64,000 bases of DNA, taken from contig CAVRPV010000019.1 in the NCBI GenBank assembly GCA_963723235.1, positions 18,077 to 82,076 on the forward strand, written 5' to 3'. Of this stretch, positions 53,291-61,496 are shown piece after piece. Position 1 is the first letter of the stretch, and every line of letters starts with the position of its first letter. Source of the stretch: an uncultured delta proteobacterium (GTDB taxonomy: Bacteria; Desulfobacterota; WTBG01; CAIYCZ01; CAIRTM01). Made by a program: the position numbers and the translations under genes. Below the pieces are notes generated by a model that was given only the letters and a program-made list of their open reading frames with translations, made no database searches and was not told the DNA's origin.

Positions 53291-55966
53291 CTAATTTTGA
53301 TCGGGCTTGGGAGGAGGGACGTCTTCTAGTTGCTTTTTCAAATCGGACAGGGCTGTCAGGGCCTGCAGGGGCGTGAGCGTGTTGATGTCGAGCCCGGCCA
53401 GCGCTTTTAAAACCGGGTTGTCGGCAAGGGCGTGACGCACACGCTCATCGGAATCATCGCGGGGGGAACCTTTAAGCGGCTGAAACAGCGGCAGGTCGTA
53501 AACCGAGCTGGAACCTTTTTTCTTCTTCAGAATCTGGCTGATTGATTCCTCGGAGATTTTTTCCTCCTCAAGGCACAGCAATATCTCTTCAGCGCGGTGA
53601 ATGATCTCGCTCGGCAGGCCGGCCAGTTTGCCCACATGAATGCCGTAACTGCGGTCGGCGCTGCCGGGCTCGACCTTGCGCAGAAACAAAATCCGGTCCT
53701 CGATCTCCTTGACGGTAACCGTGTAGTTCCTGATGCCGGGGCGATGGTCGGCCAGTTCGGTAAGCTCATGGTAATGCGTGGCAAAGAGGCACTTGGGCGC
53801 AAAACTCGCGCGGCTCAGATATTCACACACTGACCAGGCAATGCTGACACCGTCGAATGTAGAGGTTCCGCGTCCGATCTCATCGAACACCAGCAGGCTG
53901 CGCGAAGTGGCATTGTGCAGTATATTGGCGGTTTCGATCATCTCGACCATGAACGTGCTCTCGCCGCGGGCGATATTGTCAGCTGCGCCTATGCGCGAAA
54001 AAACACGGTCAACAACACCCATGCGGGCCATGCGGGCCGGCACAAAAGAGCCCATCTGCGCCATAAGCGTAATGTGGGCAACCTGCCGGATAAAGGTTGA
54101 TTTGCCGGCCATGTTCGGCCCCGTAATAATCAAGAGCTGATTATTGACGGTATCGAGATGCACGTCGTTGTCGACAAACGCGCCCTTCTCCAGCGACTGC
54201 TCCACCACCGGATGCCGGCCGCCGACAATATAGATCGTTGAACTATCGCTTATCTCGGGTTTGCAGTACTTGTTTGCAATGGCGCACACGGCCAGAGAGG
54301 CCAGCACGTCCAGAACCGCGACAGCATCGGCGGTCTGCTGAATGGCGGCAATGCGCTCAAGGACAGCCAGGCGCACTTGCTCATAGATGCGCAGCTCAAG
54401 TTCATTGGCTCTTTCATCAGCCCCGAGAATTTTTTCCTCCCAGGATTTCAATTCAGGAACAATAAAGCGCTCGGAGTTGACCAGCGTCTGCTTGCGGATG
54501 AAGTAATCCGGCACCAGATGCAGGTTCGCGTTGGTGATGTCAATATAGTAGCCGAAGACCCGGTTATATTTTATCTTGAGCGATTTGATGCCGGTTTTCT
54601 CGGCTTCCTTTTTTTGCAGCTCAGCGATCCAGTCTTTGGCGTTGGTTGAAATGCCACGCAGTTCATCCAGCTCGGATGAATAGCCCGTGCGCACGACACC
54701 GCCATCGCGCACGCCCACCGGGGGCTGATCAACAATGGCGCTCTCTATCAGGTCAGCCACATCGCGCAATTCGTTCAGGTTCTCGAATTGCCTGCGTATC
54801 AAGACCGAAGAAAGACCGGCTGCCGCTTCTTTCAAACCGGGAACAGACCTGAGCGAGATCGCAAGTGCCACAAGATTGCGCGCCGAAGGTGTGCCGCAGT
54901 TGATGCGCCCCAGCAGCCGCTCCAGATCCTTGACCGGCTGCAAGAGACGGCGCACATGCTGTAGGGTGTCCGGCTTGCATGTCAGGGCTTCAATGGCGTC
55001 AAGGCGTTCGCGTATTTCAGCGGCGTTGAGCAGGGGGCGCAAAAGCCAGCTGCCCAGCAGGCGCGCTCCCATGGGAGTCAGGCTGTGATTGAGAACGCTG
55101 AACAGGGTAGGTGCATGCCGCTCGCCAGAGACCGGCGAGAACAGTTCAAGGTTGCGTATAGTCTGTCGGTCAAGCCGCATGTAGCGGCTGTGCTGCACCA
55201 CGCGCGGAGCCCTGAGATGATCAAGCGCGGTGTGCATATTGTCCTGCAGATAGTAGAGAAGCGCGCCGGCGCAGCTCAGGGCGGCGCTCATGGACTCGAT
55301 GCCGAAACTCGCCAGAGACTGAACGTGGAACTGCTCGCACAGCCGCCTTCCAGCCTGGGTCCGGTCAAAAATCCAGCTTTCATATTCGTTGATAACCGGG
55401 TGCAATTCCCGCAGCACCCCCTGTAAGCCAGCCTCCGCGCTGTCGGCTATAACCAGCTCGCTGGGGCGCAGCCGCAGCAGCTCATCAGTGATGTCGGAGA
55501 GAGAAGCCTGCTCGCACAGCACAAAATCGCCGGTGCCCAGGTCAAGCGCCGCACAGCCCCAGCATGTTTTATCTTTGTATACAGCAGCAATATAATTACA
55601 GGCGCCGGGGGAGTCGGCATCATCCTCAAGGTTGGTGCCGGGAGAAACCATGCGCACAACTTCGCGCTTGACCAGGCCTTTTGTCTGGCTCGGGTCTTCC
55701 ACCTGCTCGCACACGGCAACCTTTAAACCAGCCCGGTTCAGCCGGTTAATATAGGCCTGGGCGGCATGGTAGGGAACGCCGCACATGGGAACCTTGCCCG
55801 AGTCGCCGCCGTCGCGGGCAGTCAGGGTGATATCTAGAATTGCTGCGGCCCGCCGGGCATCTTCAAAAAACATCTCATAAAAATCTCCCATGCGGAAAAA
55901 AAGCACGGTGTCTTCGCCGAGCGTAGCGCGAATCGACTGATACTGTCTGAACATGGGAGTGGACAT
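53291..55966 (-). CDS. mutS: DNA mismatch repair protein MutS
   Basis: 891 aa. MSTPMFRQYQSI...FFRMGDFYEMF N-terminus, Walker A GPNMAGKST, STFMVEM. Confidence 0.96.
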   Translation of the reverse strand: MSTPMFRQYQSIRATLGEDTVLFFRMGDFYEMFFEDARRAAAILDITLTARDGGDSGKVPMCGVPYHAAQAYINRLNRAGLKVAVCEQVEDPSQTKGLVKREVVRMVSPGTNLEDDADSPGACNYIAAVYKDKTCWGCAALDLGTGDFVLCEQASLSDITDELLRLRPSELVIADSAEAGLQGVLRELHPVINEYESWIFDRTQAGRRLCEQFHVQSLASFGIESMSAALSCAGALLYYLQDNMHTALDHLRAPRVVQHSRYMRLDRQTIRNLELFSPVSGERHAPTLFSVLNHSLTPMGARLLGSWLLRPLLNAAEIRERLDAIEALTCKPDTLQHVRRLLQPVKDLERLLGRINCGTPSARNLVALAISLRSVPGLKEAAAGLSSVLIRRQFENLNELRDVADLIESAIVDQPPVGVRDGGVVRTGYSSELDELRGISTNAKDWIAELQKKEAEKTGIKSLKIKYNRVFGYYIDITNANLHLVPDYFIRKQTLVNSERFIVPELKSWEEKILGADERANELELRIYEQVRLAVLERIAAIQQTADAVAVLDVLASLAVCAIANKYCKPEISDSSTIYIVGGRHPVVEQSLEKGAFVDNDVHLDTVNNQLLIITGPNMAGKSTFIRQVAHITLMAQMGSFVPARMARMGVVDRVFSRIGAADNIARGESTFMVEMIETANILHNATSRSLLVFDEIGRGTSTFDGVSIAWSVCEYLSRASFAPKCLFATHYHELTELADHRPGIRNYTVTVKEIEDRILFLRKVEPGSADRSYGIHVGKLAGLPSEIIHRAEEILLCLEEEKISEESISQILKKKKGSSSVYDLPLFQPLKGSPRDDSDERVRHALADNPVLKALAGLDINTLTPLQALTALSDLKKQLEDVPPPKPDQN

Positions 55967-56073
55967 AAGAAGAAAACCGCAAACAAAAGCGCCCCGTAAA
56001 ACCTCAGGTGCTTGTCATGAAACACACGCGTTAGAGAAACCGATAGTGTTCTAGTCCCGGACAGCCACGCTCA

Positions 56074-56808
56074 TCAGACCGATTGCTGCTCCTCAGCAGC
56101 CGCGCTGCGGTCAACATACAGAATACGCTTACAGTGCGGACAAGTATGCAGCTGGTCACCCTGCACAACTTCATTATACAGCTGCGGGGGGATTTTCATG
56201 CTGCAGCCAAAGCAATATTCATTGTCAGCCAGCACAACCGCTATACCCTTACGGGTCTTGAAAATCTGGTGATATGTCCTCAGCATGTCAGGCTTAAGCT
56301 CCTGCTGCAGGGCTTCGCGCTCCTGTTTCTGCTTTTCAATATCGGCAAGATAGTCGCGCAGTTCGGTTTCGGCCTGATATTTCTTGGCGTCAAAGCGCTG
56401 CTGGGCTTCCTTGAGTGCCGCCTCCGCGCCGGATATCAATTCCTTTGTTTTTTCAACGGCATCCATGGCCAGAATAATATCCTCCTCCTTCTTGCCGATT
56501 ACCTGCTCAATGGATGTAATTTCATGCTGGGCGGCCGTGTATTCCTTGTTGGTTTTAATGGCCATCATTTTTTCCTGCACCTTGCGCTTTTGGTCCTCAA
56601 GCACCTTCATGGCCGCTTCATGCTCACGGCGTTTTTTCACCTGCTCGTCAACCTCCTGCTGAACGGCTGTACTTTTTTGGGCTTCGATGTCCAGCTCTGC
56701 CTGAAGCCTGTTCACTTCTTCCTCAAACTGCCGCTGAAGCGTTTCAGCACGTTTGATGTTTGAGTCTATAGCCTGTAGCCTGAAGAGCAATTCCAACTGT
56801 TTTTTCAA
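56074..56808 (-). CDS. C4-type zinc-ribbon coiled-coil protein (COG1579-like)
   Basis: Long coiled coil followed by CFGC...CPHC. TTG start at 56808 preceded by AAGGAGG, while the longer ORF extending to 56922 has no RBS. Confidence 0.75.
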   Translation of the reverse strand: MKKQLELLFRLQAIDSNIKRAETLQRQFEEEVNRLQAELDIEAQKSTAVQQEVDEQVKKRREHEAAMKVLEDQKRKVQEKMMAIKTNKEYTAAQHEITSIEQVIGKKEEDIILAMDAVEKTKELISGAEAALKEAQQRFDAKKYQAETELRDYLADIEKQKQEREALQQELKPDMLRTYHQIFKTRKGIAVVLADNEYCFGCSMKIPPQLYNEVVQGDQLHTCPHCKRILYVDRSAAAEEQQSV

Positions 56809-57020
56809 ACCGACCTCCTTTACCTGTGAATACCTGCCGAAAAACAAACCGCTCGCGTTTCCGGCTGTGTTAAAATATATCCGGTTATTGCCCGGCTGTG
56901 CCGGCGGGCATAAAAAAAGCACCCGCGCAGTGGGGTGCTTTATTACAACAGCGTCCGGATGCTGTTACTCCATAAAAGGCGCTATCCGTTCTCAACATTG
57001 TTTTCTCTCGTTAGAAGGTT

Positions 57021-57096
57021 TGGTGGGCTCACCAGGGTTCGAACCTGGGACCATCCGGTTATGAGCCGGATGCTCTACCAGCTGAGCTATAAGCCC
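57021..57096 (-). tRNA. tRNA with CAT anticodon (elongator Met, or Ile2 if lysidine-modified)
   Basis: The minus strand folds as a cloverleaf: GGGCTTA/TGAGCCC acceptor, GCTC/GAGC D stem, TCCGG-CTCATAA-CCGGA anticodon arm, CCAGG-TTCGAAC-CCTGG T arm, encoded CCA. G1:C72 is paired and there is no GGG:CCC in the anticodon stem, so it is not an initiator. Confidence 0.9.
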
Positions 57097-57109
57097 GTTA
57101 CTTCTACCC

Positions 57110-57214
57110 GGCTATTGAAAAAAACCTGTCTGCTTGGTTGTGCTCATCATTCGCACGCCTTGCATCCCGATATTTTTAAACAGCCTGTTTTCAATACCTG
57201 TTTCAAAAACCTGC
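57110..57214 (-). repeat. Family-1 mini element, copy O (reverse orientation, extra arm copies)
   Basis: The reverse complement reads ...GGTATTGAAAACAGGCTGTTTAAAAATATCGGGATGCAAGGCGTGCGAATGATGAGCACAACCAAGCAGACAGGTTTTTTTCAATAGCC. Lies between tRNA-Met and the rpoD stop. Confidence 0.75.
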
Positions 57215-57220
57215 TACATA

Positions 57221-58972
57221 TCAGTATTCGACGAAACTCTTCAGTTTTTTGTTGCGGATCGGATGCCGCAGTTTTCTCAGGGCCTTGGCCTCAATCTGGC
57301 GGATGCGCTCACGCGTTACATCAAAATCGCGGCCGACCTCCTCAAGCGTATGATCGGCGCGCTCGCCGATACCGAAACGCAGACGCAGCACCTTTTCCTC
57401 GCGCGGCGTCAGCGTACCCAGCACCCGCTGCGTCTGATCGGACAGATTTTTATACGTGACCGAATCCAGCGGGCTGGCAATTTTTTTGTCCTCAATGAAA
57501 TCCCCAAGATGGCTGTCTTCCTCCTCGCCGATCGGTGTTTCAAGCGATATGGGTTCCTTGGCGATTTTCAAAACCTTGCGCACTTTTTCAAGCGGCAGCT
57601 CCATTTTCTCGGCAATCTCCTCGGGCACAGGCTCGCGTCCGTTTTCCTGCACCAGGTAACGCGAGGTACGGATGAGCTTATTGATGGTCTCAATCATGTG
57701 CACCGGAATTCTGATCGTGCGGGCCTGATCGGCGATGGCGCGGGTAATGGCCTGCCGGATCCACCAGGTGGCATACGTGCTGAATTTGTAGCCGCGCTGA
57801 TACTCAAATTTTTCAACAGCCTTGATAAGGCCGATATTGCCTTCCTGAATCAGGTCTAAAAACTGCAATCCGCGGTTGGTATATTTTTTTGCCAGGCTCA
57901 CCACCAGGCGCAGATTGGAGCGCACCAGCTCATCCTTGGCGATTTTCGCCCGCTTCTCACCGCGCTCAATGCGACTGATTGCATCTTTGAGGCTGGTCAC
58001 AGGCAGGCCTGATTCTTTCTCCATCAGGCGGATCTGCTTGGTGTAATCACGGATCTCACTATCCAGATCCTGCAGGTCCTCGACTTTCAGCCCGAATTTA
58101 CGCTTGATTTTGCGCTGCTCGTTCTTATCATCACGGCCCTGCCGGATCATGCGCCGGATTTCAGTCGGATCGAGTCCCACTTTGCGGCAGCATCGTGTTA
58201 TGCGGCGCTCAAAGGCCTCCACCTCTTTCAAAAACCCCCGCAGCCGTATCACGACCCGATCCAGATATTTTTTCTTTATCCGGAGTTTTTTTAACGCGTC
58301 AAACAGTTCAATCTTGTTGCTTGCAACTTGGCTGCTCAATAACTTTTTGCGCTTTTCGCTCAGTTCCTTTTTTGTCGCCAGCCGCAGGGTTAACTTTTCA
58401 TTTTCATAGTACAGCTTGCCGATATGCTCAACCTGAGCCAGGAAGCCGGCCACATAGCCTTCCTCGTCAATTTCGTTATCTTCATCATCAAGCCCGGTAA
58501 TTATTTCGCGGATGGACATCTCGCCGTTCTCAAGCGCAGTGCCGAGCTGCAGGGTTTCCTCAACCGTTATCGGTGAATTCAACACAACATCCAGAACCTC
58601 TGACTCACCATCCTCAATCCGACGCGCGATACGCACCTCTTCCTCACGGGACAGCAGAGAAACCGAGCCCATTTCTTTCAAATACATGCGCACGGGATCG
58701 TTCATTCTCCCGTAGAGGTCTTTTTCCTCATGCTGCGGGGCATCATCCTGCGCGGCCGCCTTGGCGGACTTGCTGGGTACGCGCACGCCCTGGCCCGAAT
58801 CAACGATTTCAATGTCCATCTCGCCGAACATGTGCATCAGCTCATCGATCTGATCAGGAGATACCATTTCGGGCGGCAAAACATCATTGACTTCATCATA
58901 GGTAAGAAAACCCTTCTCCTTACCGATATCAATCAGCTGCTTTACCTGCTCGATTTTGGGTTTACGTCCCAT
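57221..58972 (-). CDS. rpoD: RNA polymerase sigma factor RpoD
   Basis: 583 aa with regions 1.1 to 4.2 (…[27 protein letters not shown]…). Confidence 0.96.
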   Translation of the reverse strand: MGRKPKIEQVKQLIDIGKEKGFLTYDEVNDVLPPEMVSPDQIDELMHMFGEMDIEIVDSGQGVRVPSKSAKAAAQDDAPQHEEKDLYGRMNDPVRMYLKEMGSVSLLSREEEVRIARRIEDGESEVLDVVLNSPITVEETLQLGTALENGEMSIREIITGLDDEDNEIDEEGYVAGFLAQVEHIGKLYYENEKLTLRLATKKELSEKRKKLLSSQVASNKIELFDALKKLRIKKKYLDRVVIRLRGFLKEVEAFERRITRCCRKVGLDPTEIRRMIRQGRDDKNEQRKIKRKFGLKVEDLQDLDSEIRDYTKQIRLMEKESGLPVTSLKDAISRIERGEKRAKIAKDELVRSNLRLVVSLAKKYTNRGLQFLDLIQEGNIGLIKAVEKFEYQRGYKFSTYATWWIRQAITRAIADQARTIRIPVHMIETINKLIRTSRYLVQENGREPVPEEIAEKMELPLEKVRKVLKIAKEPISLETPIGEEEDSHLGDFIEDKKIASPLDSVTYKNLSDQTQRVLGTLTPREEKVLRLRFGIGERADHTLEEVGRDFDVTRERIRQIEAKALRKLRHPIRNKKLKSFVEY

Positions 58973-59012
58973 CTATGCGGCTGCTTCAGACATCTTCACC
59001 GTCAAATGTTGC

Positions 59013-59130
59013 CGCACTCGTAAAAAGTCCGAATCCTGCGTTGCGCCGCATCCTCAGGCATTGCGGCGTACAGCAAGTACGCCTCATTCCTTCGGATTTG
59101 CGCGCCTTGCCTGCGAACTTTACAAACAAT
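59013..59130 (-). repeat. Family-1 element, copy P (diverged), flanked by a 20/21-bp direct repeat
   Basis: The reverse complement reads ATTGTTTGTAAAGTTCGCAGGCAAGGCGCGCAAATCCGAAGGAATGAGGCGTACTTGCTGTACGCCGCAATG...GGACTTTTTACGAGTGCG. Flanks are 58993..59012 and 59131..59151. Confidence 0.8.
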
Positions 59131-59133
59131 TCT

Positions 59134-60939
59134 TCAACCGTCAAATGTTGCTTTCTGTATCTGACGCATCTCCTGCAGCAGATCCTGATACCCGCGCTGA
59201 TGTTCCCGCGCAGCAGATTCATCCCGGGACGCTTCAGCCTGTTTCATAAGCGCGGTCACGCGTTCCCGCGCCCGCGCATTTTTTTTAAGTCGTATGTCAC
59301 GGATACAGTCCGTGAGAATTTTTTGCGCCGGGCCTTCATGCGACTCTGCATAAGCCGCCTCGGCCAGCAACTTCTTTCCAGCCGCATCCGGCACGGCATC
59401 CATAAGTGTTTCCAGATCAAGCCTGGCGCCGTCCCGGCTGTGTTCAAGCAAATGCCGGCACAGGTGCTGTATAGCCGGATCTGCAAAATCATCCAGGATC
59501 TCCGACCGGCTGATTGTGGCTGATGTTTCCGGATGCGTGAACATCAGCTGCAAAATCAATTTTTCGGCATTTCTATGAAAATCTGAACGCTTTTCCGGTT
59601 TATATACTTCGGGTCCGGGCACAGTGCCCGCCCGACTGTCGCGCATGCGGGCAATGACCTGCTGTTCCTGCAGGCCAAGACGCCTGGCCAGTCTTTGAAC
59701 ATACAGCTGGCGCTCCAGCGGATCGCTCAATTGTGCCAGTATGGCAAGCACTGCGTCACAGGCCGCAACTTTGCCGGCCGGATCGGCAATCGCATGATTT
59801 TGTATTGTTTTTTCAATAACATGGTCAAGCACAGGTCCGGCATTGTCCATGTAATCCTTAAATTTTTCGGGCCCGTTGTGCTTGACGAAACTATCCGGAT
59901 CCTCTCCCGTCGGCAACAGTATGAACCGCGGGGTCAATTGCGCGGCCAGAAACGGCTCAAGGCTGCGAACCATCGCGTTTTCACCGGCCGTATCAGCATC
60001 AAAGACCATAATAATATTCTGCGAATAGCGCCTGAGCAGCTGTATATGCTGTTCACTCAAAGCTGTTCCCAGCGCGGCAACCACATTCACTATTCCAGCC
60101 TGATACAGCGTAATGGCGTCCAGATAGCCTTCGACAACCAACACCTGGTTTTCCCGCGATATATGCTGGGACGCCAGCGGCAGCCCGTAGAGACTGCCGC
60201 GCTTGCTGTATATCGACGATTCGGGCGAATTTAAGTATTTAGGCTCACCCTCATCAATTATGCGACCCCCGAACCCGATAACCTGCCGCGCACTGTTGCG
60301 GATCGGGAATATAATTCTATTCCTGAACCGGTCATAGGAGCCACCGGCCTTCCGGGAGGCAAGCAGTCCGATCTCCTGCGCCTTTTCCAGCGAAAATCCC
60401 TTCGCACGCAACTGCCCTGTAAGCGTATCCCAGGCATCCGGCGCAAAACCGATTTCAAAGGTCTCAATGGTTCCGGCGCTTATACCGCGCTCCGAAAGAT
60501 ACTGCCGCGCACGCCCGGCTCGAGGATCTTTGTGCAGCAGCTCAGCGTATATCCGGGCCGCTTCCGCAGTGATTGCAAAGAGCTCTTCGCGCTCTTCAAG
60601 CCGTGCGGCTTCCTGTGGGCTGAGCCGGCGCTCGGGCAGCGTTATGCCGCAGCGCTGAGCCAGGTGCCTGACCGCTTCCGGAAACGTCATATTTTCCCGT
60701 TTCATCAGAAACGTAAAAACATTACCACCTTCACCGCATCCGAAACAGTGAAACGACTGGCGACTTTCGTTGACAAAGAACGATGGGGTCTTTTCATTAT
60801 GAAACGGACAAAGACCCCGGTGGTTAATACCTGTTTTTTTCAGGCTGACATAATCGGAGATGACATCGACTATACTGCATGATTCCCGGACGGAGCTGAT
60901 GACTTCTTCGGGAATGGGGTTTGCTCTGGGTTCCGGCAT
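59134..60939 (-). CDS. dnaG: DNA primase
   Basis: 601 aa. Zinc finger CPFHNEKTPSF...CFGCG, TOPRIM region (VVEGYLD, DAD). Confidence 0.95.
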   Translation of the reverse strand: MPEPRANPIPEEVISSVRESCSIVDVISDYVSLKKTGINHRGLCPFHNEKTPSFFVNESRQSFHCFGCGEGGNVFTFLMKRENMTFPEAVRHLAQRCGITLPERRLSPQEAARLEEREELFAITAEAARIYAELLHKDPRAGRARQYLSERGISAGTIETFEIGFAPDAWDTLTGQLRAKGFSLEKAQEIGLLASRKAGGSYDRFRNRIIFPIRNSARQVIGFGGRIIDEGEPKYLNSPESSIYSKRGSLYGLPLASQHISRENQVLVVEGYLDAITLYQAGIVNVVAALGTALSEQHIQLLRRYSQNIIMVFDADTAGENAMVRSLEPFLAAQLTPRFILLPTGEDPDSFVKHNGPEKFKDYMDNAGPVLDHVIEKTIQNHAIADPAGKVAACDAVLAILAQLSDPLERQLYVQRLARRLGLQEQQVIARMRDSRAGTVPGPEVYKPEKRSDFHRNAEKLILQLMFTHPETSATISRSEILDDFADPAIQHLCRHLLEHSRDGARLDLETLMDAVPDAAGKKLLAEAAYAESHEGPAQKILTDCIRDIRLKKNARARERVTALMKQAEASRDESAAREHQRGYQDLLQEMRQIQKATFDG

Positions 60940-61102
60940 TAGTCGTTATAGAAGACGTTAATCCCGCCCGGGGTACCGAACAGCAGTGCAATGCAGCACA
61001 ACCGCAGAGAACCTCGCATCCTGCGCACAACCTGCGGGCTTTTGCGGCTGAGCGCCATCATATCATATCGTGCGAGCCTGCACGCTCGTGTCTCTTTGCC
61101 TG

Positions 61103-61303
61103 TTACTGAAAAGAGCTCAATGAGCGCAATTTCAATGCACGTTTGCGAGCAGTTACTGCCTTCTTTTTCCTGCGAAGGCTCGGCTTGTCGAAAAACTGCC
61201 GTTTGCGGACTTCAGTTAAAATCCCTGCCTTTTCACACTGTTTTTTGAATCGGCGCAACGCAATTTCAAACGGTTCTTTTTCACGAACAACTATATCCGG
61301 CAT
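61103..61303 (-). CDS. rpsU: 30S ribosomal protein S21
   Basis: [29 protein letters not shown]... ATG at 61303 preceded by a GGGGTG/GAAAGG purine-rich RBS. It lies upstream of dnaG as in the classical operon. Confidence 0.92.
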   Translation of the reverse strand: MPDIVVREKEPFEIALRRFKKQCEKAGILTEVRKRQFFDKPSLRRKKKAVTARKRALKLRSLSSFQ

Positions 61304-61496
61304 ATGTTTCACCCCTTTCCCTGTATGGATTTCCATCCACAGAAAAAGCGGGTTCCGGGGACATCTCACTACGACTGCGAATTGGACCCACCCCTTTCCG
61401 GGTTAGCACTGTCAGGTGCAATAAAACCATGCAAAACATTACACATATATAAACGTTTTATTATAGCCCCAAAACCGAGATTGTCAAGATTATTTT

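Noticed and set aside
2961-59130. A possible CRISPR array, given the many near-identical short repeats
   Set aside because: The repeats are dispersed one per intergenic gap and kilobases apart. They are 45-265 bp long with internal variation and are not separated by uniform short spacers. No cas genes are present.
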